The translations under genes and the position numbers were made by a program. From the IMG/VR virus record IMGVR_UViG_2667527827_000002: 22,538 bases of DNA; one strand, given 5' to 3'. Source of the stretch: a virus (Duplodnaviria > Heunggongvirae > Uroviricota > Caudoviricetes). The notes under the pieces were generated by a model. It searched no databases. It had not been told where the DNA came from and worked only from the letters and a program-made list of their open reading frames with translations. Shown piece by piece: positions 9,538 through 16,772 of the stretch. Position 1 is the stretch's first letter. Every line of letters starts with the position of its first letter.

Positions 9538-10347
9538 TCAATGAACGGTATCGAGCAGCTTTAACAGCTCAGGGAATCGGGATTCGAAGAAATGCGGCTG
9601 CGTCTCACGCGGATTTGCGGGACTGGTGATGTTCTTGCCGAACATGCAGCCTTTCGCCGTCAGCGACCAGAATTTTTTGATGTTGTTAATCCCGGTACGG
9701 CTGTATCGTTCGCGCTGCTCGACGATCCCCAGCTTCACCATCTGGTGATATGCCTGATTAGCCGTCAGGCGGATACCATACTGCTTCAGCAGTGCACTCA
9801 GCGACAGCGTCGGGCGGCTTGAGCCATCAGGCGCGTCAGCAGGTGCATCAATGGCATAGCGCGGTGCCAGATTCGGTAAGCCAACAGCCTCCTGGAGTTT
9901 CTGACAGGCACCAAGCACTGAAGAGTTAGACAGATTTAACTCCCGGCGCATAAAGTCCAGCAGGATCACGCCAGCCTGCATCTTGTCAGCAGCCTGTCCG
10001 GATAACTTTTCCGGCGCGCTGGTTACCATATCGAAAGTACGGATCACCTTCAGATGGAATGACGGGCTGATCCACATTGCATAGGCATACACCAGTTCCT
10101 TACAGACATACGTTCCCCGTTCATTTCCCCCATGAATCACACTCACCGGGTCAACACCCAAATTCTGGGTGTTGGTTAATTCATGAACAAGCTCAACAGT
10201 TTGTTGGCTGGAAAGAAACTTTCCTGGCTCCTTGGTTCTGGCATTTGCACCAGATGCTACTGCTGCGCGATGCAGATCGTTCAGGCTGTAACGCCCATAA
10301 GCATCACGACGAACTTCAATACCATCAATGACCATCAGATTATTCAT
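9538..10347 (-). CDS. KilA-N domain protein (antirepressor-like)
   Basis: 269 aa. ATG 10345-10347 with AGGAG about 9 nt upstream. N-terminal …MVIDGIEVRRDAYGRYSLNDLHRAA…KEPGKFL… matches the KilA-N DNA-binding domain pattern. Confidence 0.8.
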   Translation of the reverse strand: MNNLMVIDGIEVRRDAYGRYSLNDLHRAAVASGANARTKEPGKFLSSQQTVELVHELTNTQNLGVDPVSVIHGGNERGTYVCKELVYAYAMWISPSFHLKVIRTFDMVTSAPEKLSGQAADKMQAGVILLDFMRRELNLSNSSVLGACQKLQEAVGLPNLAPRYAIDAPADAPDGSSRPTLSLSALLKQYGIRLTANQAYHQMVKLGIVEQRERYSRTGINNIKKFWSLTAKGCMFGKNITSPANPRETQPHFFESRFPELLKLLDTVH

Positions 10348-10366
10348 ACTTCGTTTCTCCTCTTAA

Positions 10367-10756
10367 TCAGGCAGCTGCACCCGCCGTTTTCTCGTACTTA
10401 CTGATAGTGATCTCGACCTTCCCTTCCGGGATAACCGGTCCCCACTCCACCAGCATTCTTTTCACCTGACTGTCGTCTTCCCACACCCCCGCGTGGGTCA
10501 GGGCGTCAAACAGCGCCTTGTTATAGTTGTCCAGATCGCGGATCCTGTTATCCGGAGGAAACAACACGATCTCCACTGAAGCAGGTGCCGACGTTGGTTT
10601 CGGCAGACGACGTAACTGCTCAACTATTGCTGCACACGCCGCGCTCTGGAATTTGCGCCCCGCCGCGCTTATCAGGCTCTTACCTGCAAACGCCACTTTG
10701 TTGGGGTGTCGCCAGTACGTGTTCACGCTGGGCGGAAAAGGCAGTATTAGCTTCAT
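10367..10756 (-). CDS. rusA: Holliday-junction resolvase RusA-like endonuclease
   Basis: 129 aa. MKLILPFPPSVNTYWRH… …DLDNYNKALFDALTHAGVWEDDSQV… are RusA-family hallmarks. The ATG overlaps the upstream stop (ATGA). Confidence 0.85.
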   Translation of the reverse strand: MKLILPFPPSVNTYWRHPNKVAFAGKSLISAAGRKFQSAACAAIVEQLRRLPKPTSAPASVEIVLFPPDNRIRDLDNYNKALFDALTHAGVWEDDSQVKRMLVEWGPVIPEGKVEITISKYEKTAGAAA

Positions 10757-11079
10757 ACTTTCAGGCCCCTCTCATGTAACCAGTGGGCTGCACGCAACCT
10801 GGCGTTCTCCTCACCGGCAAGCAGTGCGCGGATGATACCGACCGCCTCGCTGTCGTCGTCCTTCACCGCGGTATGAAGCGTGATGCCCCGGGCCACGCCA
10901 CGCTTTATCGTGATGACGCCTTTTTTCTCCAGTGCGCGAAGATGCTCCACCGCTGCATTCACTGAACGGTATCCCAGCATGGTTGCCACCTCCTGATTGG
11001 TTGGCGGGAAGCCACGTTCTTTCTGATAAGAAATCAGCATATCCAGCACCTGCTGCTGGCATTGAGTTAACGTCGTCAT
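10753..11079 (-). CDS. LexA N-terminal DNA-binding-domain-like protein (no protease domain)
   Basis: 108 aa. MTTLTQCQQQVLDMLISYQKERGFPPTNQEVATMLGYRSVNAAVEHLRALEKKGVITI… closely parallels the LexA winged-helix N-terminus (…[55 protein letters not shown]…). It lacks the S24 peptidase part. Start and stop overlap neighbours (ATGA). Confidence 0.75.
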   Translation of the reverse strand: MTTLTQCQQQVLDMLISYQKERGFPPTNQEVATMLGYRSVNAAVEHLRALEKKGVITIKRGVARGITLHTAVKDDDSEAVGIIRALLAGEENARLRAAHWLHERGLKV

Positions 11080-11729
11080 GCCGCCATCTCCCTGACCAGT
11101 TTTTCTGCCTGCTGGCGAACCTGCGCCAGAAAGGCCTCACCACATGCCTCAAGTTCATCGCGCCCGATGTAGCTGATTGCCGGTCCCTTCCAGGTCTTGT
11201 CGAAAACAGCAATAGCACCAGCGAAGAAAGCGCCTGTCGGCACCTGCTTCTCATCCTTCGGGATAAACCAGGCAGGCAGTTCAAAACCAATACGCCCGCG
11301 AATAAAAGCAATATGATCTGCATCTTCCGGCCACCACACTTCGCTGGTGGCAGCTTTGATCAGGAAAACATAGCGCCCGCCTTTATCACGCATGGCACTG
11401 GCATGCTTCATGATGTAACGCATGCCGGTGATGTATTGCCCCTCATGCTGACTGGCGCGGCTGTATGGGGGATTACCAAAGGCAGCACCTTTAAGCTCCG
11501 CAAGGCGTTCTGACCAGTCATGCGCCAGCGCGTTGTCTTCCGCCGTGTAATACGCAGCACATTTGGCGTTATCACCGTCAGTGAACAGATCCAGAACAAA
11601 CGGGCCAAACAGGGTGTTAATTCCCCAGAAAATGTTGTCCGGCGTGCGCCACTGATCGCCCACTTCCTTCAGTTCATGGGCTGGTTTGTTCCGCAGTTCC
11701 GCCAGCGCCTGGCAATATTTATTACTCAT
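11076..11729 (-). CDS. Phage Dam-type N6-adenine DNA methyltransferase (NPPY motif)
   Basis: 217 aa from ATG 11727-11729, which shares one base with the upstream TAA. Motif …AFGNPPYSRA… The track's longer version uses a GTG at 11762. Nin-region position is typical for orphan phage Dam. Confidence 0.85.
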   Translation of the reverse strand: MSNKYCQALAELRNKPAHELKEVGDQWRTPDNIFWGINTLFGPFVLDLFTDGDNAKCAAYYTAEDNALAHDWSERLAELKGAAFGNPPYSRASQHEGQYITGMRYIMKHASAMRDKGGRYVFLIKAATSEVWWPEDADHIAFIRGRIGFELPAWFIPKDEKQVPTGAFFAGAIAVFDKTWKGPAISYIGRDELEACGEAFLAQVRQQAEKLVREMAA

Positions 11730-12217
11730 TAAGCCCCCACGTAATTCCCTGAGAGATACCACTCTTCACCTGATGCAGCCCGCTTACTGCTTTTCCGTAA
11801 ACACCGTTCACGACGCGCCAGAAAATTGTTTCGTTCTGGCTGGGAGTGGCTTTCACGGAATGCCGCCATCCACACCGTTGCAGCACGACGGTATAAGCCC
11901 CTCGACTCCAGTTCTTCAGCCTGGCGGGTCAGGCACAAAATCACCCGGGGGTCGTTAGTGCCGACATAGAACTTGCGCACAGGTCTGGTTTCACGAACTG
12001 GTTGTGGTTCCGGCTCCTGCGCTCTCTCAGTCAGGCGCGAGAAATGTCTGCGTGTATCTCCTTCACAACGGTGAGCCACACGCCCACTCTGACGTAACTT
12101 GCTTGCTGACTGCAGAACGCGCTGCCGTGAGTAACCTGCAAAAGCATCCGCAATGTCTCCGGAAGTACAGCCCGGATGGGCTTCAATGAATTTCTGAACT
12201 TCATTCAAAATACTCAT
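11729..12217 (-). CDS. PerC-family-like phage protein (YfdN-like size), N-terminal wHTH-like extension
   Basis: 162 aa from ATG 12215-12217 (GGGGGTGA just upstream). C-terminal …LESRGLYRRAATVWMAAFRES…ERNNFLARRERCLRKS… resembles the PerC/Pch motif pattern as I recall it. Confidence 0.6.
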   Translation of the reverse strand: MSILNEVQKFIEAHPGCTSGDIADAFAGYSRQRVLQSASKLRQSGRVAHRCEGDTRRHFSRLTERAQEPEPQPVRETRPVRKFYVGTNDPRVILCLTRQAEELESRGLYRRAATVWMAAFRESHSQPERNNFLARRERCLRKSSKRAASGEEWYLSGNYVGA

Positions 12218-12219
12218 GC

Positions 12220-13212
12220 TCACCCCCTGAATCCTGCCGGGATCTGGCTGTAGTCCACGTTGTCGTAACTGGATTTGAAATATGGGTCTTCGCGTTTTTC
12301 TGTGTATGTGCTGACGGACGGCGATAAGCGCAGGGAAAGCTCATCCCATTTTTCCCGCAGCTTCGACGGGCTGAGCACGTTACGGCACCAGAACGGATCG
12401 CGGCTGACGCGGCTGTACATCTCGCAGATTTGTTTGTGAGTACGACCATCCTGCACACACATCAGGCGAATTTCGTTTGCCCAGGCTGTCCAGTTCGGTT
12501 CTTTGGGACGAACCACCTCGCCGTCACATTCGGCGGCCTGCTCGTACAGGGCGATGATTTTTTTCCAGAGCCACTGTGCGCAGGTCAAATCATCCTGCGT
12601 TCCCCACTGGCGCTTTTTAGGGCTGAATACAACCGCATCAGGATGGCGAGTTAAAAACTCCTGTTCAGCCGTTTGCGTGTCCGGTTGCGAAGCGTCCGGA
12701 CGAGAAGAGGTTTTATTCTCTGTAGTAATCTCTGTTGTATTCTCTGTAAGATCATTGGGCCATTTTGACCCGATGACAGCGTGTCGTTTTGAACCAATGG
12801 ATCGTGTCATTTTGCGCCCATCCATCAGGTCACTTTGACCCGATGGAGAAGTGCATTTTGACCTGATGGATTCGTTCACTTTGACCTCTTCTAAAAGCTC
12901 ACTTTCATAGTTGATCGTGTAGAAGTTGGTCATGTCACGCTTCGATTTATTGAGTTGCTCGCGACGCAAAACCCCAAGTGATTTCAGGCTTGCAAATGTG
13001 CGTTTCAGAGTGGACTCTGACCAGAACGGAAACTGCTCCAGCCACTGTTCTGTCGTGTTATAAACCCAGCGAATTCCGCCATGCTCAGTGCCTGAATTCG
13101 TTTCATTCAGCCAGTAATGAAGCTGCTGCAACACAATTGCCTCATTCAGACCAATACGGCATGCAAGATCACGATTTATCACAATGGGCTGGGATGTCAT
13201 TAACAGGCTCAT
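12220..13212 (-). CDS. Phage replication initiation protein (lambda O-like, iteron-binding), ori embedded in the gene
   Basis: 330 aa. ATG 13210-13212 overlaps the upstream stop (ATGA). Six 23-bp-spaced direct repeats lie inside the coding sequence and encode a repetitive linker (…SIGSKRHAVIGSKW…), as in lambda O. Confidence 0.75.
   Translation of the reverse strand: MSLLMTSQPIVINRDLACRIGLNEAIVLQQLHYWLNETNSGTEHGGIRWVYNTTEQWLEQFPFWSESTLKRTFASLKSLGVLRREQLNKSKRDMTNFYTINYESELLEEVKVNESIRSKCTSPSGQSDLMDGRKMTRSIGSKRHAVIGSKWPNDLTENTTEITTENKTSSRPDASQPDTQTAEQEFLTRHPDAVVFSPKKRQWGTQDDLTCAQWLWKKIIALYEQAAECDGEVVRPKEPNWTAWANEIRLMCVQDGRTHKQICEMYSRVSRDPFWCRNVLSPSKLREKWDELSLRLSPSVSTYTEKREDPYFKSSYDNVDYSQIPAGFRG
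12761..12888. repeat. Iteron array (six direct repeats, consensus about CAYTTTGACCYGATGG, 23-bp period): putative phage origin of replication
   Basis: Copies begin at about 12761, 12785, 12808, 12831, 12854 and 12877. An adjacent relatively AT-rich stretch with three tctctgt repeats (about 12700-12755) lies on the downstream side relative to the O-like gene. Confidence 0.75.
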
Positions 13213-13433
13213 GCCGCACCTCCGAGATGCTTCATGTTTTTTCCGGAGCGAAAGGCTATAAGCGGCATACTGACGCGGTAATTACGGCCCAGCGGTTCAC
13301 AAATCACCTTCTGACATTCACGGTCAACCAGGCTAACACGTAGAACATGCCCTGCAGGCGTGGTGTACCACTGACCGGGGCGAGGACAACGGAAAGTCTG
13401 ATTGGTAAATCGTTTGAAAATATTCCGGATCAT
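13209..13433 (-). CDS. Hypothetical small phage protein (74 aa)
   Basis: ORF with ATG 13431-13433 overlapping the Rha stop (ATGA), and its own stop overlapping the O-like start (ATGA). No recognisable domain; supported mainly by coupling and operon context. Confidence 0.5.
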   Translation of the reverse strand: MIRNIFKRFTNQTFRCPRPGQWYTTPAGHVLRVSLVDRECQKVICEPLGRNYRVSMPLIAFRSGKNMKHLGGAA

Positions 13434-14578
13434 TTGCGCCCCCTTACCTCTGAAGAGTTCAGCGACGAATGAATAAGACGGGCAAGAAATGCCGCATCGT
13501 TAATTCGGTCATACAGACTTACAGCCAGAGGTGATTCAGCTTTTTCCAGCATGGGATAAAGCTGCTGCAACCAGACCTGATGAATTGATGAAATGTAGGA
13601 ATAGAGAACGCTGGCGTTATGTGCAACGTCGCTCGGTACAGCGGGCTTTGAAAGCTGTTTCTCCATCTGGTTAAAGGCATTGATGTATGCCTCTTTGAAC
13701 TGGGCAGCACGTTTACCCGTGAAACCCATAGCAAGAAACGCAAAGCCGTCGCGGGTTATTTGATAGCAAGGTAGTTTGCGGCCTGTGCAATCGGTGTAAT
13801 CACTCACCGAAAAATTGCGGGCAGTGAATGATGCGGAACATTCAAGCGTGCGGATCTTTTTCAGTACATCGTCATGACGTTTGGAGAAGAAGTTGGCAAC
13901 AGCCAGGGATGAAGTAACAGCCTGACCATCAACGATGGCAATTTCAGGTTGAGTGAGGGTTGGGATCGTAGCCATGATGGCAGTCTCCGATAACAGTGAA
14001 TTACCTTCACCACCGGAAACGCCAATTTCGCTGGTGGTGAACTGAACGGGGTTGGCGTAACCGGCGTTATCGGAAACCGGCGCACCTTTCGGTGCCCCCG
14101 TCCAGCCCACCATAATTTGGGTGTGCACAGACGCAGACGATAAAAAAGACGCTGGCGCGTCATATATCGCCGATAACATTTCCAGGACGCCAATCCCGAC
14201 ACCCGCTTTATAAGGTGCCTGAACAGTGTAACGTCCCGGAATGGCAGAATCAATGTGCTGGTGGTCCTTCACACTCAACAAAATCACGCCTGAATTTCCA
14301 CAAAGGACTAAAGCACTCATGCGGGTAGTCTTTGCGAAGATAGATAACGCGCTGTGTTTCTGGCTCCCAACGAATAACATGGACATAAAGCCCTCTTCCG
14401 TCACGAAACCAGCGGTTAAGTTCCTGCACAACTCGCCCCCCACAGTCAGGTAAAGTTCTCTGTGGTTACTTACAGCCAGGTGATTTGGTAATCTGCATTC
14501 ATGCCGTAACAACAGGTGTTCAGCGACGCTGACCACCAGCTGTTGCGACAAACGGTTATTTGCCGTTAAACTGTTCAT
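13430..14578 (-). CDS. Rha-family phage regulatory protein with an unusual ~200-aa N-terminal extension (alternative: Rha alone from internal ATG 13975)
   Basis: 382-aa open frame. ATG 14576-14578 overlaps the stop of the upstream CII-position gene (ATGA). The Rha/ORF6N-like domain (…AIVDGQAVTSSLAVANFFSKRHDDVLKKIRTLE…CYQITRDGFAFLAMGFTGKRAAQFKEAYINAFNQMEKQL…) occupies residues about 205-305. An internal ATG at 13973-13975 has GGAG 9 nt upstream. Confidence 0.7.
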   Translation of the reverse strand: MNSLTANNRLSQQLVVSVAEHLLLRHECRLPNHLAVSNHRELYLTVGGELCRNLTAGFVTEEGFMSMLFVGSQKHSALSIFAKTTRMSALVLCGNSGVILLSVKDHQHIDSAIPGRYTVQAPYKAGVGIGVLEMLSAIYDAPASFLSSASVHTQIMVGWTGAPKGAPVSDNAGYANPVQFTTSEIGVSGGEGNSLLSETAIMATIPTLTQPEIAIVDGQAVTSSLAVANFFSKRHDDVLKKIRTLECSASFTARNFSVSDYTDCTGRKLPCYQITRDGFAFLAMGFTGKRAAQFKEAYINAFNQMEKQLSKPAVPSDVAHNASVLYSYISSIHQVWLQQLYPMLEKAESPLAVSLYDRINDAAFLARLIHSSLNSSEVRGRK

Positions 14579-15138
14579 GCGTTAGTTTCTCCACAGACAC
14601 AAAACGCCACGACGCCCGGAGCTGCACACTCGCGGGCGTCACTCTTTTCTGGAGCGCAAAAGATTTTGTAGACCAGTGCTGCATGCTCCTGGAGCTTCGA
14701 AATTGACAGATACAACTCATCATTAATTGCTGTCTGCTCGTGTGGCTCCACTACCCCATCTTCGATTGCCGAACGAATCTGCTTTGAGTAACTCCCGATC
14801 TGTTCGATGACTTCCAGCAGGCGCTGGTTTATATCGGCGTTCTCTACTTCCTCAAGTTCAGGAAGCGATACAAACACCCCACCAGCAGACTGTGCGACAG
14901 CATCCGCAATGTAGTGAGTGCCAGCCGCGCGCTGTAAAATCATTGCCCATCCCAGCGGGAAAATCTGATCGCCATCTGCACGAAGGCGGTTGAATAAAGC
15001 GTTCTCTGTTACATCCAGCCACTCAGCAGCTTCAGCGTAACCTCCCGGCAACGCCGCGATAGTTTTTCTGACAGCTTTCACGTACCACTCAGGCTGTTTT
15101 TCTACTTTCCAGTGATGCTTACCCACGGTTAGCCTCAT
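14575..15138 (-). CDS. Phage regulatory protein in the CII position (possibly YdaT/CII-like family)
   Basis: 187-aa ORF directly downstream of the Cro-like gene. ATG 15136-15138 has no obvious SD. The family assignment is tentative, based on position and size only. Confidence 0.6.
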   Translation of the reverse strand: MRLTVGKHHWKVEKQPEWYVKAVRKTIAALPGGYAEAAEWLDVTENALFNRLRADGDQIFPLGWAMILQRAAGTHYIADAVAQSAGGVFVSLPELEEVENADINQRLLEVIEQIGSYSKQIRSAIEDGVVEPHEQTAINDELYLSISKLQEHAALVYKIFCAPEKSDARECAAPGVVAFCVCGETNA

Positions 15139-15169
15139 CGTTCTGTGGTTAAAAATTGAAGGTGTTCTG

Positions 15170-15370
15170 TTAATCTTTCGGATAGATATCCGGTCTTAAG
15201 TCAGATTTCGTAATTGCACCTGACGTGCATTGCTCAAGTTTTTTAGCCAGCACAAAACTGGCTTTTTTATAACCATTGAAAACCAGCCGTAAGTAGCCTG
15301 GTGTTGAGCCAACTTTTCCGGCCAACTCGCCCTGCTGTTCTTTGGTTAAAGAGTCCCAATACGCTTTCAT
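15170..15370 (-). CDS. Cro-like HTH regulator (YdaS/Cro family-like)
   Basis: 66 aa from ATG 15368-15370 with GGAGG 10 nt upstream. HTH-like …LAGKVGSTPGYLRLVFNGYKKASFVLAKKLE… Divergent from the repressor gene. The 167-aa track ORF is an upstream read-through across the operator region. Confidence 0.7.
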   Translation of the reverse strand: MKAYWDSLTKEQQGELAGKVGSTPGYLRLVFNGYKKASFVLAKKLEQCTSGAITKSDLRPDIYPKD

Positions 15371-15372
15371 AC

Positions 15373-15444
15373 AATATGTACCTCCGATATACATATTACA
15401 TGATTGAGATGAACCTTCAAGATACTTGTACCCTATCGGTACAA
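15373..15444. promoter_or_regulatory. Immunity-region operators and divergent promoters (OR/PR/PRM analogue)
   Basis: O1 15373-15397 is aatatgta-N9-tacatatt and overlaps a candidate Cro promoter -10 (TAATAT on the minus strand = plus 15393-15398; -35 TTGAAG = plus 15415-15420). O2 15426-15444 is ttgtacc-ctatc-ggtacaa and overlaps a candidate -35 for a leaderless repressor transcript starting near 15461. Confidence 0.55.
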
Positions 15445-15460
15445 AGGTTTTAATTTCGTT

Positions 15461-16135
15461 ATGAAAACAGTCCATGACATCCGGCGGTCTAACGCCAGAA
15501 AACTGAGAGATGGTGTTGGCGGGAATTCTTCCTTTGCCACCATGATTGATCGCGAGCCAACCCAGACCAGCAGGTTTATGGGAGATGGTGCTACTAAAAA
15601 TATCGGTGACAGCATGGCACGGCACATCGAAAAATGTTTCGACCTGCCTGTCGGATGGCTTGATCAAGAACACCAGACAACAAACATCACAAAAAAACCT
15701 GATGTTTCAATTACTAACAAACAAATAACGTTAGTCCCTGTCATATCATGGGTACAGGCCGGAGCATGGAAAGAAGTTGGCTATTCTGAGGTTGATTTGA
15801 GCACAGCAGAAACTTATCCCTGCCCTGTACCCTGTGGCGAAATGACTTATATCTTGCGGGTGATTGGTGATTCAATGATTGATGAGTACCGCCCGGGAGA
15901 CATGATTTTTGTTGATCCTGAAGTCCCTGCCTGCCACGGTGACGACGTTATTGCATTGATGCACGATACAGGCGAAACCACCTTCAAGCGGTTGATAGAA
16001 GATGGAACACAGCGTTACCTCAAAGCATTAAACCCAAACTGGCCTGAACCTTACATTAAGATCAACGGTAATTGCTCTATAATTGGTACAGTGATTTTCT
16101 CAGGAAAACCAAGAAGATACAAAATAAAGGCCTAA
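15461..16135 (+). CDS. CI-like prophage repressor with C-terminal S24 (LexA-like) autopeptidase domain
   Basis: 224 aa. C-terminal domain …VIGDSMIDEYRPGDMIFVDPE…GETTFKRLIEDGTQRYLKALNPNWPEP… closely parallels lambda CI/LexA, with the Ser in GDSM, the Lys in TFKRL and a candidate Ala-Gly cleavage site (…VQAGAW…). ATG sits at the end of the operator region, consistent with a leaderless mRNA. Confidence 0.9.
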   Translation: MKTVHDIRRSNARKLRDGVGGNSSFATMIDREPTQTSRFMGDGATKNIGDSMARHIEKCFDLPVGWLDQEHQTTNITKKPDVSITNKQITLVPVISWVQAGAWKEVGYSEVDLSTAETYPCPVPCGEMTYILRVIGDSMIDEYRPGDMIFVDPEVPACHGDDVIALMHDTGETTFKRLIEDGTQRYLKALNPNWPEPYIKINGNCSIIGTVIFSGKPRRYKIKA

Positions 16136-16147
16136 TCAATATTTATA

Positions 16148-16170
16148 ACCTGCTTCGGCAGGTTTTTTTA
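16148..16170 (+). terminator. Rho-independent terminator after the repressor gene
   Basis: cctgc-ttcg-gcagg hairpin (16149-16162) followed by tttttttat (16163-16170), 13 nt after the repressor stop. Confidence 0.7.
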
Positions 16171-16173
16171 TAC

Positions 16174-16201
16174 TTGACAATGTACCCTTGAGATACATAA
16201 T
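16174..16201 (+). promoter_or_regulatory. PL-like early-left promoter with embedded operator O3
   Basis: -35 TTGACA (16174-16179), 16-bp spacer, -10 CATAAT (16196-16201). The spacer and -10 contain atgtacccttgagatacat (16180-16198), which matches O1 (atgtacctccgatatacat) at 15 of 19 positions. Confidence 0.55.
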
Positions 16202-16619
16202 GTATCTAAAAGAAACATAACACAGGCAAGATTAAACTAAATTTGGTTGTAACACGGCGTATGGCACATGCGTCGTTAGCGGTCTGGGGACGTTAAAGGG
16301 GACAATCCACTCCTTGCTCGAGCAAACAAACCAGGTAGCCGGAATGTGCAAGTCAATGATGATGCTGATAAGACGCCTAACCAGCGTGGCGATTCGGTTT
16401 GACGCCTGGGAAGAGACCAGGGTGCAACGATGAGGGCATTTATGGAACCGCGACAAAGTGTGGTGCCGTAACTGGCTAAGTGCTCTCAGCGTTGTGGTGA
16501 ATGCGCAGGCTGATGCGCGAAAGACATTGCAGCTATTGCGGAAAAGAGCTGTTCGGCGGGGCAATTAAACGCCCGTGAGAGTCTGAAATAACCGCAAGCC
16601 GGAGATCAGCACCGGTCAC

Positions 16620-16685
16620 CACAACAGCCACTGCTTTGGCGGTACCAGTTTGTACACTTGCTTCCGGCTGGTACCGCTCTTTTTA
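16620..16685 (+). ncRNA. Candidate DicF-like leader-derived sRNA ending at an intrinsic terminator (tentative)
   Basis: 10-bp perfect inverted repeat gcggtaccag (16639-16648) / ctggtaccgc (16668-16677) followed by tcttttt. The 5' arm region TTTGGCGGTACCAGTTTGTAC resembles the DicF core as I recall it (UUUGGCGGUAUCAGUUUUAC). Lies in the early-left leader, as dicF lies downstream of dicA in Qin. The recollection is unverified. Confidence 0.3.
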
Positions 16686-16690
16686 CAAAA

Positions 16691-16772
16691 CAGAGAAGAG
16701 CATCACCGGACGACGGGCTCATAACCCAATCCATCCGGGCGGCTGCCACCGCAGGTGTTCTTCTCTGTTTTG
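16691..16772 (+). terminator. Second large terminator-like structure in the early-left leader
   Basis: Closing stem cagagaaga (16691-16699) / tcttctctg (16759-16767), extendable to about 14 bp, followed by ttttg. It encloses about 50 nt with internal GC-rich sub-hairpins (ccgga…tccgg, gcgg…ccgc). Lies about 50 nt upstream of the first early-left gene. Confidence 0.35.

Noticed and set aside
10811-11513. 170-aa minus and 193-aa plus ORFs overlapping the LexA-like and Dam genes
   Set aside because: They are alternative frames over well-supported, translationally coupled genes and have Arg/Gly/Ser-rich junk-like translations.
12761-12888. Direct-repeat array considered as a CRISPR array
   Set aside because: Repeats are about 16 bp with a 23-bp period, lie inside a coding sequence and have no unique spacers of CRISPR size. 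The pattern fits replication-origin iterons instead.
15170-15673. 167-aa minus-strand ORF version of the Cro-like gene
   Set aside because: The N-terminal extension runs across the operator/promoter region and into the repressor gene. An SD-supported ATG at 15370 gives a typical 66-aa Cro-like protein.
16232-16564. 110-aa minus-strand ORF in the early-left leader
   Set aside because: Antisense to the PL transcript, no SD, and an Arg/Ser/Thr/Leu-biased translation. More likely non-coding leader sequence.
16210-16640. Possible small N-like antiterminator ORFs (13-29 codons, some Arg-rich) in the leader
   Set aside because: None has a convincing SD and all are far shorter than known N proteins. 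They are mentioned only as a caveat to the no-N observation.
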